A stretch of 62,964 bases of DNA, filler included, from Saprolegnia diclina VS20 (lineage: Eukaryota), in NCBI RefSeq assembly GCF_000281045.1. It is 3 parts of one record of this genome, joined end to end, with 100 filler letters (N's around TTAATTAATTAA, not from the genome) between each part and the next. Parts side by side here need not be neighbours in the genome. Positions count along the whole stretch, not along the records: positions 1 to 26,567 come from NW_008246087.1; positions 26,668 to 46,306 come from NW_008246087.1; 1 more part is not named here. One strand, given 5' to 3'. Of the stretch, positions 21,507-31,728 are shown in pieces; positions within the stretch are counted from its first letter, which is position 1; each line of letters begins with the position of its first letter. Made by a program: the position numbers and the translations under genes. Under the pieces are notes generated by a model that saw nothing but the letters and a program-made list of their open reading frames with translations, did not search any database and was not told where the DNA came from.

Positions 21507-23072
21507 ATGACTAAGCGCTCATGTCATGCGTCCATGTCGGTCGTCGATTCGGACGTCCTTATCGTCATCGTCCAGTACTTGGCGTCGCCCGATGACGTCG
21601 TCTCGCTGCTACAGGCGGTGCCACGTACCAAACTCGTCGCGCCATTGGTCGCGCTACAGACGCTCTTGACGACATCCTCAGCCTGGGAGTCCAAGAACTG
21701 GCCGCAACTCTGTATCGAAATGAAGGACGACCGCTACAGGCCGCTTATATGCGCCGCAGCACCAGCCTTTCCCTCCATTCGCATCGGGGATCTCCACATG
21801 CTGGGCAGCATGCTACCCGGCCCCAGCAACAGTCTAGACACTCAGCACGCAGCAATCATCGCGTTCGCCGCCGAGTGGGGCCACAAGATCGAGTCCATCG
21901 ACGTGACAGAATGGCTCGACGGTGGTTGCATTGACGTGCTAACGCACGTCCTCCATCTCTGCACGGGTCTCGCCTCGCTCACCATCAACGTCGACACCGA
22001 GGAAATCAACCCAAGCCATTTCGCGGCTGTGGTCCACGCGGCGTCGCACGCTCGGCGCATCGACGTCTGGACCATGGATGGAAGCCTGTCTCGTTGCGGC
22101 GACTGGCGGCCGATCTTTGGGTCGTGGCTGGCGTCGGGTCATGCGACGCACCTCGGACTTACTGACGCGTTTGCCGCCGATGACGATGATGATGACGACG
22201 ACGACGACGACCTCGAGGATTTCCAGGTCAAGAGATTCAACGACCCAAATGGATTTGCGCGGGCAATGACCGCTGCCACGTCGCTCACGAGCCTCAGGCT
22301 TGTGCGTTGTGACGTGCTTCTTCAAAGCCTCCTGGACACGGATGCGTCAATGCGCCACATCACGGCGCTGCATCTCGACACAAGTCGACGCGACGTGGTG
22401 GAGTGGCTTCTATCGACAAAGATCAACCTCTCGGGCCTCCGCGAGCTCGGCATCGGAAGCGACGCCCAAGACGACTACTCGTTTGTGCTGGCGCTGCTAC
22501 CACGCCTCGTGTCGCTCGAGAAGCTGTCGCTCGAGGGCTGTGCGCTGCGCAGTGTGCCCAATGCTTTGCCCGAGTCGCCGCGTCATTTGAAAGCATTGGC
22601 ACTCTCATTGTGTGTCGCGATGGATGACAGTACTGTTTTTCGTCTTCTCGATTGGGCTTCGCAGTCGCCGTGCCTCCAGTCCATCACGCTCGAACGCTGC
22701 ACTGCGGTGGGCCGTGACGCCACCCGCGTCGAGCGGCTCGTGCGCCAATGGATCGGCGCCAACGTCCGTGACGTCACGTTCGACTTGTGCGAATTCAACG
22801 CTGCGACGGTCAATGCGTTGGCCGCGGCACTCTACGGCACACGTCGGGCGCTTCCGTTTGATCTTCGCCTCAATTGTGACAAGCTACGTCTCACGTCGTT
22901 CGAAGTGCTGTTGGAGACACTCGCCACGTGCACGGGCGTCACGTTCTACGGACACGTGTCGATTTACATCAAGCAGCACATTCGCAACCACCTTCGGTCG
23001 TTGGCAACGATACTCGGTTTGCATTACGTGGACAACGGCATATCTCATTTTCGCCTCCGCAGTCGCGTCTAG
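21507..23072 (+). CDS. F-box-like/RNI-type LRR protein, array copy 11 (intact, poly-Asp insertion)
   Basis: 521 aa from MTKRSCHAS; family motifs; D11 tract at 22179-22211. Confidence 0.87.
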   Translation: MTKRSCHASMSVVDSDVLIVIVQYLASPDDVVSLLQAVPRTKLVAPLVALQTLLTTSSAWESKNWPQLCIEMKDDRYRPLICAAAPAFPSIRIGDLHMLGSMLPGPSNSLDTQHAAIIAFAAEWGHKIESIDVTEWLDGGCIDVLTHVLHLCTGLASLTINVDTEEINPSHFAAVVHAASHARRIDVWTMDGSLSRCGDWRPIFGSWLASGHATHLGLTDAFAADDDDDDDDDDDLEDFQVKRFNDPNGFARAMTAATSLTSLRLVRCDVLLQSLLDTDASMRHITALHLDTSRRDVVEWLLSTKINLSGLRELGIGSDAQDDYSFVLALLPRLVSLEKLSLEGCALRSVPNALPESPRHLKALALSLCVAMDDSTVFRLLDWASQSPCLQSITLERCTAVGRDATRVERLVRQWIGANVRDVTFDLCEFNAATVNALAAALYGTRRALPFDLRLNCDKLRLTSFEVLLETLATCTGVTFYGHVSIYIKQHIRNHLRSLATILGLHYVDNGISHFRLRSRV

Positions 23073-23359
23073 TCTTCCATCCCCGCGACTTGTACAATTG
23101 CATCTGGTAACTTCGTGGATATTACATCGAACCTTTCATCACGTTCATGTTTTAAATCGTATGGCCCCAGTTTGGTACGGCATTATTGTTAACGTTGGGG
23201 CGAGGTGGCATATAATCGGCGAGTACCCTTTAGGATGTAAGGAGAATGGGGCGAATGGATCGCTGTGGCTGCGAGAGGTGCATCCGCTGAACACGTGCCC
23301 CATGCAAATCATGCCGTTTGAAGGAGAGAACCAATCAGCATGCAGCACCGTTACCCTCT

Positions 23360-23570
23360 CCGGCCGCCATTTTTGCTTTGTCCCAATCATGGTCTTGCTT
23401 CGCGTCAATCTCGGTCGGCGACCCCGATGTCCTTATGCACATTGCATATGGCTTGTCCTCAGCTCACGACGTTCCTGCGCTGCTAAAGGCGCTGCCACTG
23501 AAGCACACACCGCGCCATTGGCGGCGCTTCAAACCCTCTTGTCGACACCAAATGCCTTGGTCGTCGACCG
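23360..23570 (+). pseudogene. LRR-array copy 12, N-terminal fragment
   Basis: VLMHIAYGLSSAHDVPALLKALPL..APLAALQTLLSTPNAL; nucleotide sequence very close to 20480-20680. Confidence 0.8.
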
Positions 23571-23707
23571 TGGTCGTATTGGACTACACACCACTTGATT
23601 TCTTGATACAAAGTGCATTGTTGGGCAGGTTCAAAGACGAGAAGAGTATATAAATGACAGGTTGCATTTGATCAAATCGACTGGGGGCTGTGGATGCAGA
23701 CATGATG

Positions 23708-25055
23708 TTAGCTACCGCGCTCGACTCGTAGACCCGATGGTAATAGCTGTTGCGCTCGACTCGTACGCAAGTGCAGCTCGTTTGCCCACGCTTCAACTGG
23801 AGCCACTTGGTCGTAGGGCAGCAGTAATCCTTGAATCGAGACGCCCGTGCACGTGGCAAGCGCCTCCAAAAGCACCTCGTACCACTCATCGCGCAGCCTT
23901 TCGGTACTGCCACCAAAGTTGAGCTCAAACGGCGATGCCCGGTGCGCGTCACAGAGCGCGGCGGCAATGGCAATGACGCTCGGCTCGTTCAATTCGCACG
24001 ACTCGAGAGTGACAGATGTGACGCCGGCTGCGATCCATCGGCGAAGATAGCGGCCGAAAAGCACAGGCTTGGAGCTCACCGTGTCGCAGTTATTGAGCCA
24101 GATAGTCTCGAGGCGCGGCGACTGCGACGCCCAATCAAATAGATCCAGACACACGCCGTCATCGATGGTGCAGAATAGTAGCGTTAGCTTCCGCAAGCGG
24201 CACGGCGTGTGTCGCAAACTGGGCATGGGTTCGAGCATGCATCTGTCGAGCGTGAGCTCTTGCAGCTTGACGAGACGCGGCAGCAGCGTGAGAGCAAAGG
24301 AATAGTCGGCTTCAAAGTTGGCCGCGAGCGTCAGCACAGAAAGCGCCGAGACATCAACGAGCGTCGACACAAACGCTCTCGAGTTTGAGGTGCCTCGCGT
24401 GACCAGACGCCAGCCACGCACCGAGAAGAGGTCGCCAATCCCCGCAGTTGTACTCGGCTTCGTCTGGCGAGAATAGAGCAACGTGTTCGGCGTGTGTCGC
24501 AGCGTGGAGGACTGCTGCGAGAAACGAAGTGTCCTGCGCACCCGAAGGGTCCAGCCTGCCGACGGGGCGGGCGTAGATCGACACAAGGCCTGTGCAAAGT
24601 CGAATGATGCGCGTGAGCGCATCGACTTGATTGGCTTTTGGCCCCAGCGTGGCGTCAAAGGACGTGATTTTGTGGCCCCACTTGGTGGCGACGTCAATGG
24701 CTGCTGCGTGCGGGGCTCTCGCGGGCGCGCTGCTGGCGTCGCGTAGCTTGTCGCTGAGCTTGCCAAAATACTTGACGTGGACCGAGCAAAACGTCGGCAG
24801 CGCTGTAAGGACCGTCGGGATGGACGGACAATCGATGTCTTCAATGCACACGTGCGGCCAGTGCTCATCGTCCAAAGCATTGGGCGTCGCCACGAGCGTC
24901 CGGAGCGCGACCAATGGCGCGTCGAGCGCACGACGTGGCAGCGCCTCGAGCAGTGAGAGGACGTCCTTAGTCAAGGCCAAGCACTGGGCGATGTGGGCGA
25001 CGATGCCAGCGTGGTGGACGACCACCAACGGCGCTTTGCATGGCCGCTTGCTCAT
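23708..25055 (-). pseudogene. LRR-array copy 13, inverted, with frameshifting internal deletion
   Basis: N-half MSKRPCKAP..SGHARHLKL (24354-25055) and C-half AFVSTLVDV..LLEALATCTGV (in 23708-24931) are in different frames; about 55 codons missing near 24370. Confidence 0.82.
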
Positions 25056-25120
25056 GGGAAATGGCGGCCTGCAACTTCAAAAATGATTTGACTGGATAGA
25101 ATGCAACACATTCTGCATTC

Positions 25121-25140
25121 TGATTGGAGGTATACGTGGC
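25121..25140 (-). promoter_or_regulatory. Composite element variant (copy 13 promoter)
   Basis: Reverse strand reads GCCACGTATACCTCCAATCA (7-nt spacer), followed by INR/FPR-like TCATTTTTGAAGTTGC. Confidence 0.6.
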
Positions 25141-25204
25141 AGTATCGTCGTCACCAAAGACAACGAGCTAGTGTAGGTGTTGTGCGAGTGACAATGGATC
25201 TTGT

Positions 25205-25541
25205 GCGAGTGCAATGGATCGCTGCCGAGGTCCGCGCCGTCACCTTCAACGTGTGCGGCTTTGACGATTTGGCCAGCATTGCTATTGCCACGGCACTCTA
25301 TGGCACGCATCGGTCGATGTCGTTGGATATGTGGATCGATTGCACTGATCTCGACGTTGAGCCGTACAATGGGCTTCTCGACGCCCTCGCAACATGCAAA
25401 GGCGTCCATGTTCGCGGTAACTTTGCCCTCCGTGTCGTACCCGACGATCGCGTCCACATTCGGGCTTTGACAACCGCACTTTGTCTCCGACTCGAGAACG
25501 ACGAAGGGGCCTCTCGCTTTCGCATCCCCAGTCCGCCATAG
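25205..25541 (+). pseudogene. LRR-array copy 14, C-terminal fragment
   Basis: QWIAAEVRAVTFNVC..ALYGTHR..LLDALATCKGV..IPSPP; most like the C-terminus of copy 11. Confidence 0.8.
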
Positions 25542-26567
25542 CGACAAATAAAGATTTGGGACCCCAATCAGAAAAATCTCGCTGGGATTCCAGTCATGAC
25601 GCGGAATTTGCATCGTATTTTGTTCTGGCATGGCTTTGTCAATACATGTAAATATGAGTGGATGTCAGCATGACAAAGGCGCCAATACCGATGGGACGTT
25701 GACGTAATTTCCTACGGGCCGCCAGGTCTCCGGCGTCAGCTGGGCAAGTGACAGAAGAGGTACACACAACCACCGACAAGCTTAGGAAGGCGCGCAGTCA
25801 GCAAATCAACAGACACCCTCGCTGTCATAGGTCCCAGTACCCAAGATAATCACATCCCTTTTGACCGCATTGGACTCGGGTAAGGCGCGCGGCTCCCAGC
25901 GCTTCACGACACCACATGCACCTCGATGACGATGTTAAAATACCATCGACGGTAGCCGAGCCCTGAGGCTCTCTCGCGCCAGTCGTGTTGATCATGGGTT
26001 GATACGGCTCGCACTTGAACTGTCCTTTCCCCATCGATTCCCCTTTGCTTACGGGACATTGATTGTGCTTCGGATTGATGAGCAACGCCGACGTCTCAAG
26101 TCGTATATCTGGCTCTTGGGTGCGTCAAAGGTTCTAGCTCGGTCACATTCTTGTCCCGTTTCCGAGTCGTAGTGTGGGCTCGTTGCTTGCACGGACCGGC
26201 CGGTCGAGGGGGAATGTCGAGGGTAACGGTGGTACCCGACCCCTAGTCAGGACCTGAGAACGCACGGCGTCATCATATTTTCAACCACCTTCGCCACCCA
26301 GTGCTTGCGCAATAGTACAGTCCGCTGTCTTCTCTACCCGAATTATTGACATCACGTGCAACGCATCGCTAGACACCGCAACAAAAAGTCACATTCCAAA
26401 ATGTAAAACAATAAAATTAAAAAGAAACGAAAAGACCAAACTCGGGTTAACGGTATAACAACAAAAGCTCGTTCCGCGAGATCATGGCATTCGACTCGAA
26501 AAGCTGTAACAAGCACGTCCACCTTAAACTACTTGTAGACAACAATCGGCAAATGACAGCAAAAAAT

Positions 26568-26667
26568 NNNNNNNNNNNNNNNNNNNNNNNNNNNNNNNNN
26601 NNNNNNNNNNNTTAATTAATTAANNNNNNNNNNNNNNNNNNNNNNNNNNNNNNNNNNNNNNNNNNNN
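26568..26667. other. Assembly gap with artificial TTAATTAATTAA linker
   Basis: 44 N + TTAATTAATTAA + 44 N (stop codons in all six frames). Confidence 0.98.
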
Positions 26668-26668
26668 C

Positions 26669-27538
26669 TGCGTCGACCAGTACTTTCCGTCGACCAAGGT
26701 GTGCCGTATCGCCAACGGCGAGTGTGACGTGGCTGAAGCGTGTACGGGTACCTCGGGTCAGTGCCCAGCCAACACCTATGCGTCCACCTCGGTCACATGC
26801 TCTGGCAAGTCGACCGGTGGTGCTTGCGACGCACAAGACTACTGCGACGGCAAAGGCAACTGCGCCGACAAGTATCAAGCCTCCGGGTCTGTGTGTCGCG
26901 CCGCCAAGAACCAATGCGATGTAGCCGAAACCTGCTGCGGCTCGAACGGCGTGTGCCCGCCCGATACGTTTGCCAGCGCAAGCACCAAGTGCATCGGTAC
27001 CTGCAACGGCAACCCGTGCGACGATCAAGATTACTGCGACGGCAAGGGCCAGTGTGTCGACAAGTACAAGCCGTCCGGCACCATCTGCGGCACGACGGGC
27101 AACCCGTGCATCCTGGCGGCCACGTGCACGGGTGACATGGGTTTCTGCCCGCCCGATGACTTTGCGTCGCCGTCGACGGTCTGCACCGGCACCACCAACG
27201 GCGGCGTCTGCGACGGCAAAGATCTCTGCGACGGCGAGGGGGCGTGCGTCGACAAGTTCCTCAAGGCTGTCGTGTGCCAAAAGCCCGTCGGGTACAACCG
27301 CCCAACCTACTGCAACGGCAAGATGTCGACGTGCCCTGTTTCGAGCTTCCTCAGTTTGCGCGAAGCCGGTGACGACGACGTGGCGGCCACCGAGCAGTTG
27401 CTCGTGACGATGCAGTCGTCGTCGCCGATGGTGCTGCTCGGTCTTGTGTGCGTCGTCGCCATCGGCGTCGCGCTCGTGACCGTGCGCCAGCAGCAACGCG
27501 AGGTGTCGCAGCACGACTACACGGAGCTCTCCATGTAA
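26669..27538 (+). CDS. Disintegrin-like Cys-rich repeat type I membrane protein (5' end lost in gap)
   Basis: CRIANGECDVAEACTGTSGQCP matches the ADAM disintegrin-loop pattern CRxxxxECDxxExCxGxSxxCP; about 64-aa repeat x3; C-terminal TM and short tail. Confidence 0.85.
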   Translation, partial: CVDQYFPSTKVCRIANGECDVAEACTGTSGQCPANTYASTSVTCSGKSTGGACDAQDYCDGKGNCADKYQASGSVCRAAKNQCDVAETCCGSNGVCPPDTFASASTKCIGTCNGNPCDDQDYCDGKGQCVDKYKPSGTICGTTGNPCILAATCTGDMGFCPPDDFASPSTVCTGTTNGGVCDGKDLCDGEGACVDKFLKAVVCQKPVGYNRPTYCNGKMSTCPVSSFLSLREAGDDDVAATEQLLVTMQSSSPMVLLGLVCVVAIGVALVTVRQQQREVSQHDYTELSM

Positions 27539-27827
27539 GATGACGCTCCGATTTTGCACCACCGCCAAGGCACCTTTTACATACGATCGAGCTAGTTTTC
27601 AATTTGGACGACTAAGATACATACGTTGCATGCACAGTTGAAGTGTGGAGAGAAGGTAAAGGCGGTACAAGTAGCATGTGTACTGTTGAAGCAATAAGGT
27701 CTAGGGCTGTCTAAAAGTATGAAGATGAAATACGCGCAACCACGCGAACAACTAGACATGCTGTATGTTGAGAAGCGTTACTAAGTTTGATCTTTGTTCC
27801 AGGCGCTCTGCAAAATACGGAATGCAT

Positions 27828-28342
27828 TTAGAGCTCTTTCCACTCGGCGTTCTGGGGACCGCTGTTGGAGGCCTCGTCCGTCGACTTGATCGCTTGCTTG
27901 AGCTTGCCATCCTTACTATGAAAGAGTACACACGTTAGCACAAGGCGGTATATAGCAGGCCACGCACCTCGAGTTGGCAAGAACCAAGTAGTTGCTGAGA
28001 CCACGGACGGCGCTAAATTGCGCGACGTGAGGAAGCCTGCAAGATGTGTCGATAGAAGCGTACTTGGCCTTGAGGTTTTCAATCTTGAGCTCGTCCGTCT
28101 CGTGCATCGACTTGCGGAACTCGGCGCGGAGCATGGTGCGGATGGCTTCGCCCTTGCGGCTCTACGTGAGTTGCGCATGAGCGCCGCAGGACAAGCCATC
28201 GACGTACGTTGCCACCAATGTGCTTGGCGAGGCGCAGGCAATCGCGGTACAGCTAAGCAGACAGTGGATTGAGATTCTGCATGGCGCGACGCGACCGCTC
28301 TTGTACCTGAAGGCTCGAGCGGCTCACTTGCGGTCCCGACAT
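27828..28342 (-). CDS. LYR-motif (Complex1_LYR) mitochondrial protein, 5 exons
   Basis: Spliced via GT-AG introns: MSGPQVSRSSLQ|LYRDCLRLAKHIGGN|SRKGEAIRTMLRAEFRKSMHETDELKIENLKA|..AVRGLSNYLVLANS|..KDGKLKQAIK..WKEL*. Confidence 0.85.
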
Positions 28343-28564
28343 GCTCGCGTCTCTCTTGGTCCGAGTTTGAATGGAAATCGTCTGCGATCCGAATTATAGC
28401 CAATGGCATCGATGCAACGTACGAGCGACGATTTCATTGGTCAGAGCACGATAAATAACGTCTGCTGGCCAATCCATCGCTGTTTTTCAAATGAAAACGA
28501 TGTTCATGCGATGCCATTGGTCAAAACGCTCATTGCGGTTACTGAATTGCATTTCCCAGATTCG

Positions 28565-29884
28565 ATGGGGCCATGCGCGTCCAAGGACCGTGACTTGGGG
28601 CAGTGGGCGACTAACGGAGCCGCCGAAGCCAGTGCCCATGTCGATGAAAAGCCCGAGGCTGTGCTTCTCCAGCGCGCAGAGATTCCGGTTCAATATCACA
28701 GCAACGCGCTATGGCTAACTGCATGCGTAGGCCACGTCGGTCGTCGACTTGAGCCCGGCCTTTCCGTCGCTGATCGCCACGGCCTGGGACGACGGCAGCA
28801 TCGTGATCCTCGACTGGCAGATGCGCAAAGTGCTTTTGACCTTGTCGGCGCATGCAAAGGCGGTGAATCGCCTCTCCTTTGGCCCCAAGACGCGGAGGTA
28901 TGCACATTCTTCAGCCAAGCAAGACAACGCATGCCCACTAGCTTGTATGCGTGCTCTCGGGACACGACGATATCGCAGCACGTCCTTTCCAGCAGTGACG
29001 CGCCGACAGCGCCGCAGTCGTTCACTGGTCATACCTTGTCCGTGAGCGCGCTTGCCATCAACGGTACCGACCACCTCGCCATTGGTATCTCAGATCTTTC
29101 TTGTTGCTACAGCGGCCGAGTCCAACTTGGCCTCGGGTAGCCGCGACACGGGCACAAGTCTGTGGGATGTTACGACACGAGCCCGCGTACAGCATACGAC
29201 GACGTCACAAAACATTGTGACGTGCATGACGTGGGTGCCGCAGTGCGAGACACTCTTGGCGCAGGGCGGCGAAGACCTCTGTGTGCGGCTCTGGGACACC
29301 CGGAGCTGGAAGTCGCCAGCGCAAACCATCCAAGGCTACGTGTATTTCCCGCTCTCGATTGACGCGAGCGACGACGGCAACTACCTCCTCACGTCGAGCA
29401 AAGGTTCGATCCCGACCTCCTACATACAGCAAATTTTACTAGGCTTCAACGGCGTCGGGTGCGAAGGACGCGTCTGGGACCGACGAACCGGCAAGCTCGT
29501 GACCGAGATGCATGGGCATCTCCAAGACGCCAGCGCATGCGCCTACATGCGCCACAAGTGCGTTCACTTTGCCTCAAACCACGTGGTCAAGATGATCCGA
29601 CAGGAATGCCTACGCCGTCACAGCCTCCAAAGACAGCTCGCTTCGTATCTGGAACAGCGCCAGCGGCGAGCTTATCACCTCGTCGTTTGACCATAGCTCT
29701 GGTACGATGATGCTACCGGATAGCATTGATCGAAGCGGGTGTAGGAATGTTCACTAGCGTTGCGTGTCGGTCAGTAGAGACAAGCGACGAGGTTACGGTC
29801 TTTACGACCTCGTTTGCAGGCCATGTATCCGCGTACACATTTAACACCGCGACGCTCGCCATCGATGTGGCAGTCGACGACTAA
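28565..29884 (+). CDS. WDR31: WD40-repeat protein, WDR31-like, multi-exon
   Basis: MGPCASK N-terminus; LASGSRD..LWD, IVTCMTWVP, EDLCVRLWD and GFNGVGCEGRVWDRR..GH resemble WDR31. Confidence 0.75.
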
Positions 29885-29898
29885 AACTGCTAATAGTG

Positions 29899-31410
29899 TT
29901 ACCGCTTCTTGATGTTGGCTTTTTTGGCTTGACGCGGGATGCGCGAGAAATGCGCATGATGCGACTGTACACTGGGAGACGAAGACAAGGTTGTCGGAAG
30001 GCTGGACGACGCGTGAAGTTTCGCCGAACTACTCGCAACATGCTTCATCGCGACTGACACGTCTTGGAGTGCCAGCTGGTCCCGCGAGAGCTGCATGAAC
30101 GAGCCATGAGAAGCAGACCTTTGGTGCGCCGATCACCTCGTTGCGGACGCTGTCGCAAGCGCGTTGTGCTGCCTCCAGCTCAAGTGTGGCCTCGCGGAGG
30201 CGCTTTTCGTGCATACGCTGTCGCTTCGCCTCCTCGGCTTGTAGCGCCCGTAGCTCTATTCCATCGTCTCAACACGAGAGATGAGCTGTGAAATAGGACC
30301 GACTTGCTCGCAGTGTCTCCGTGTCCCGGCTCAAGCGGTCGTGTTCCTGTTGCGCAGCAAGCGCAGTCTACGACGCACGAAACATTTAGCCTTGGCGCTC
30401 TGCTTTGTTACTCTACGTCGATGGCCGGTGTCAACCGCGCGAGCTCATCTTCCTCGGTTATAATCGTGCTCTAGCACCTAGTCAGTCACAGTGTTGCAGG
30501 ACGCACCGACGCGTAGTGTAGTCAGCTGTGCCGAGAGATCGCGTAGGTTGCTTTGAGCTGCTTGGAGTTTGCGGGCTTGTGCATCGTACACTGCGTCCTG
30601 CGCGGTCGAGTGGTCTTCTTGAAGCGTCGACAGCGATGCTTGCAGCCCGTGTGCGCGCGCCTACTCGGAACGTTCTACCGCGGTCGCGCCCACTGCGACG
30701 GATTACGTCGAGATCGTGGTTGTCATCGCGCCACCGACTCACTTCCTTAAAGTAGAGGCTCTGCAACTCCTTGAGATGCTGCATCTCGGCGGTTGCACTG
30801 TCCATGAAGGCATCGCCCGACGCGAGGACGCGCTGAACCACGTCCTTGAGCTCGTCGTCCGACAGCTGCTTGGCGGGTCGCGGCTCGTCGTTGATCGAAG
30901 CTACACGCTCACCATGAATGCACGCTCATTCACCACCACGCGGTCGACGTTCGCATACCCTGGGCAGTGGTTTTTGGTTTTGTCGGTGAGTTGCGACGTC
31001 GATGGCGCACGGCGCGCAATAGCTTTGCGTAGGCTGTGGCAAAGGCCGCATCGTCCAAGGTCCGTCGCTCGGCCGTCCGCGCCACGAGGTCTTGTAGCTC
31101 GTCAAAGTGCTTGGTCCGGGTCATGAGCAGCCACTATTAATGATGACGCCAGAGGTACCAACTTGGCGCGGAAACGCCAAGACGTCGATAACTGCAATCT
31201 TGCTTCTTCCTGCTTCAGCCTTGAACGGTGAGGCGACCGATGATGAGAGGCAATTCCGCTCTCTCGCTGCCTCACGAATATGCTGCAAGCGGCACCGTCG
31301 CAAGGCCCAGCGCACCGAAATGCGTGTCCTTGGTGCGACGTTGGGCGTTGAAACGGTACGTTGAGCGTTGGCATGTGGTCTGTGACTGGTCGCGTTGCTC
31401 TCTTGGCCAT
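29899..31410 (-). CDS. Hypothetical coiled-coil protein, multi-exon
   Basis: Series of coding-like minus-strand exons (MAKRATRP.., FDELQDLVARTAERR, EMQHLKELQSLYFKE, EKRLREATLELEAAQ, ..NIKKR*); exon boundaries approximate. Confidence 0.6.
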
Positions 31411-31728
31411 CTTCTCCTGTAGTAGAGGAAGGGAGGTCCTGTGAGATATAGGGCGTGGAGAGAGGTTGGATCCGATGAGGTCTAGTTAGTCGAGATCGAC
31501 TAGCGCCGAGTCGGCGTCTAAAATTAGTCGACGGAAGCAATCCGAGTATTTCTATTTATAGCCTCCCTCCGCCGGCTTCCAAGCAGCCAATCACAGAGCT
31601 GTACGAGGAATTAGCACGCCTGTGATTGGCCCGTCGCCAGATCCACGGTTTCGCAAGCGCCATCTTGCAGAGGACCGAGCGCATTTCCGACAGAAGCGGA
31701 TTTGAACTCGAGCGACGAAGCGGCGAGG

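Noticed and set aside
6539..25541. Array as RxLR/Crinkler effectors, a CRISPR-like array or transposons
   Set aside because: No signal peptides or LFLAK/RxLR-dEER motifs, no repeat-spacer periodicity, and no transposase/RT motifs or terminal repeats; the repeats are paralogous coding sequence.
25650..26560. Possible TE remnant or ncRNA before the gap (also 43000-43900)
   Set aside because: No recognisable motifs, terminal repeats or tRNA/rRNA structure.
26612..26623. Palindromic TTAATTAATTAA (also at 46351-46362)
   Set aside because: Centred in exactly 44+44 N; an artificial six-frame-stop contig linker.
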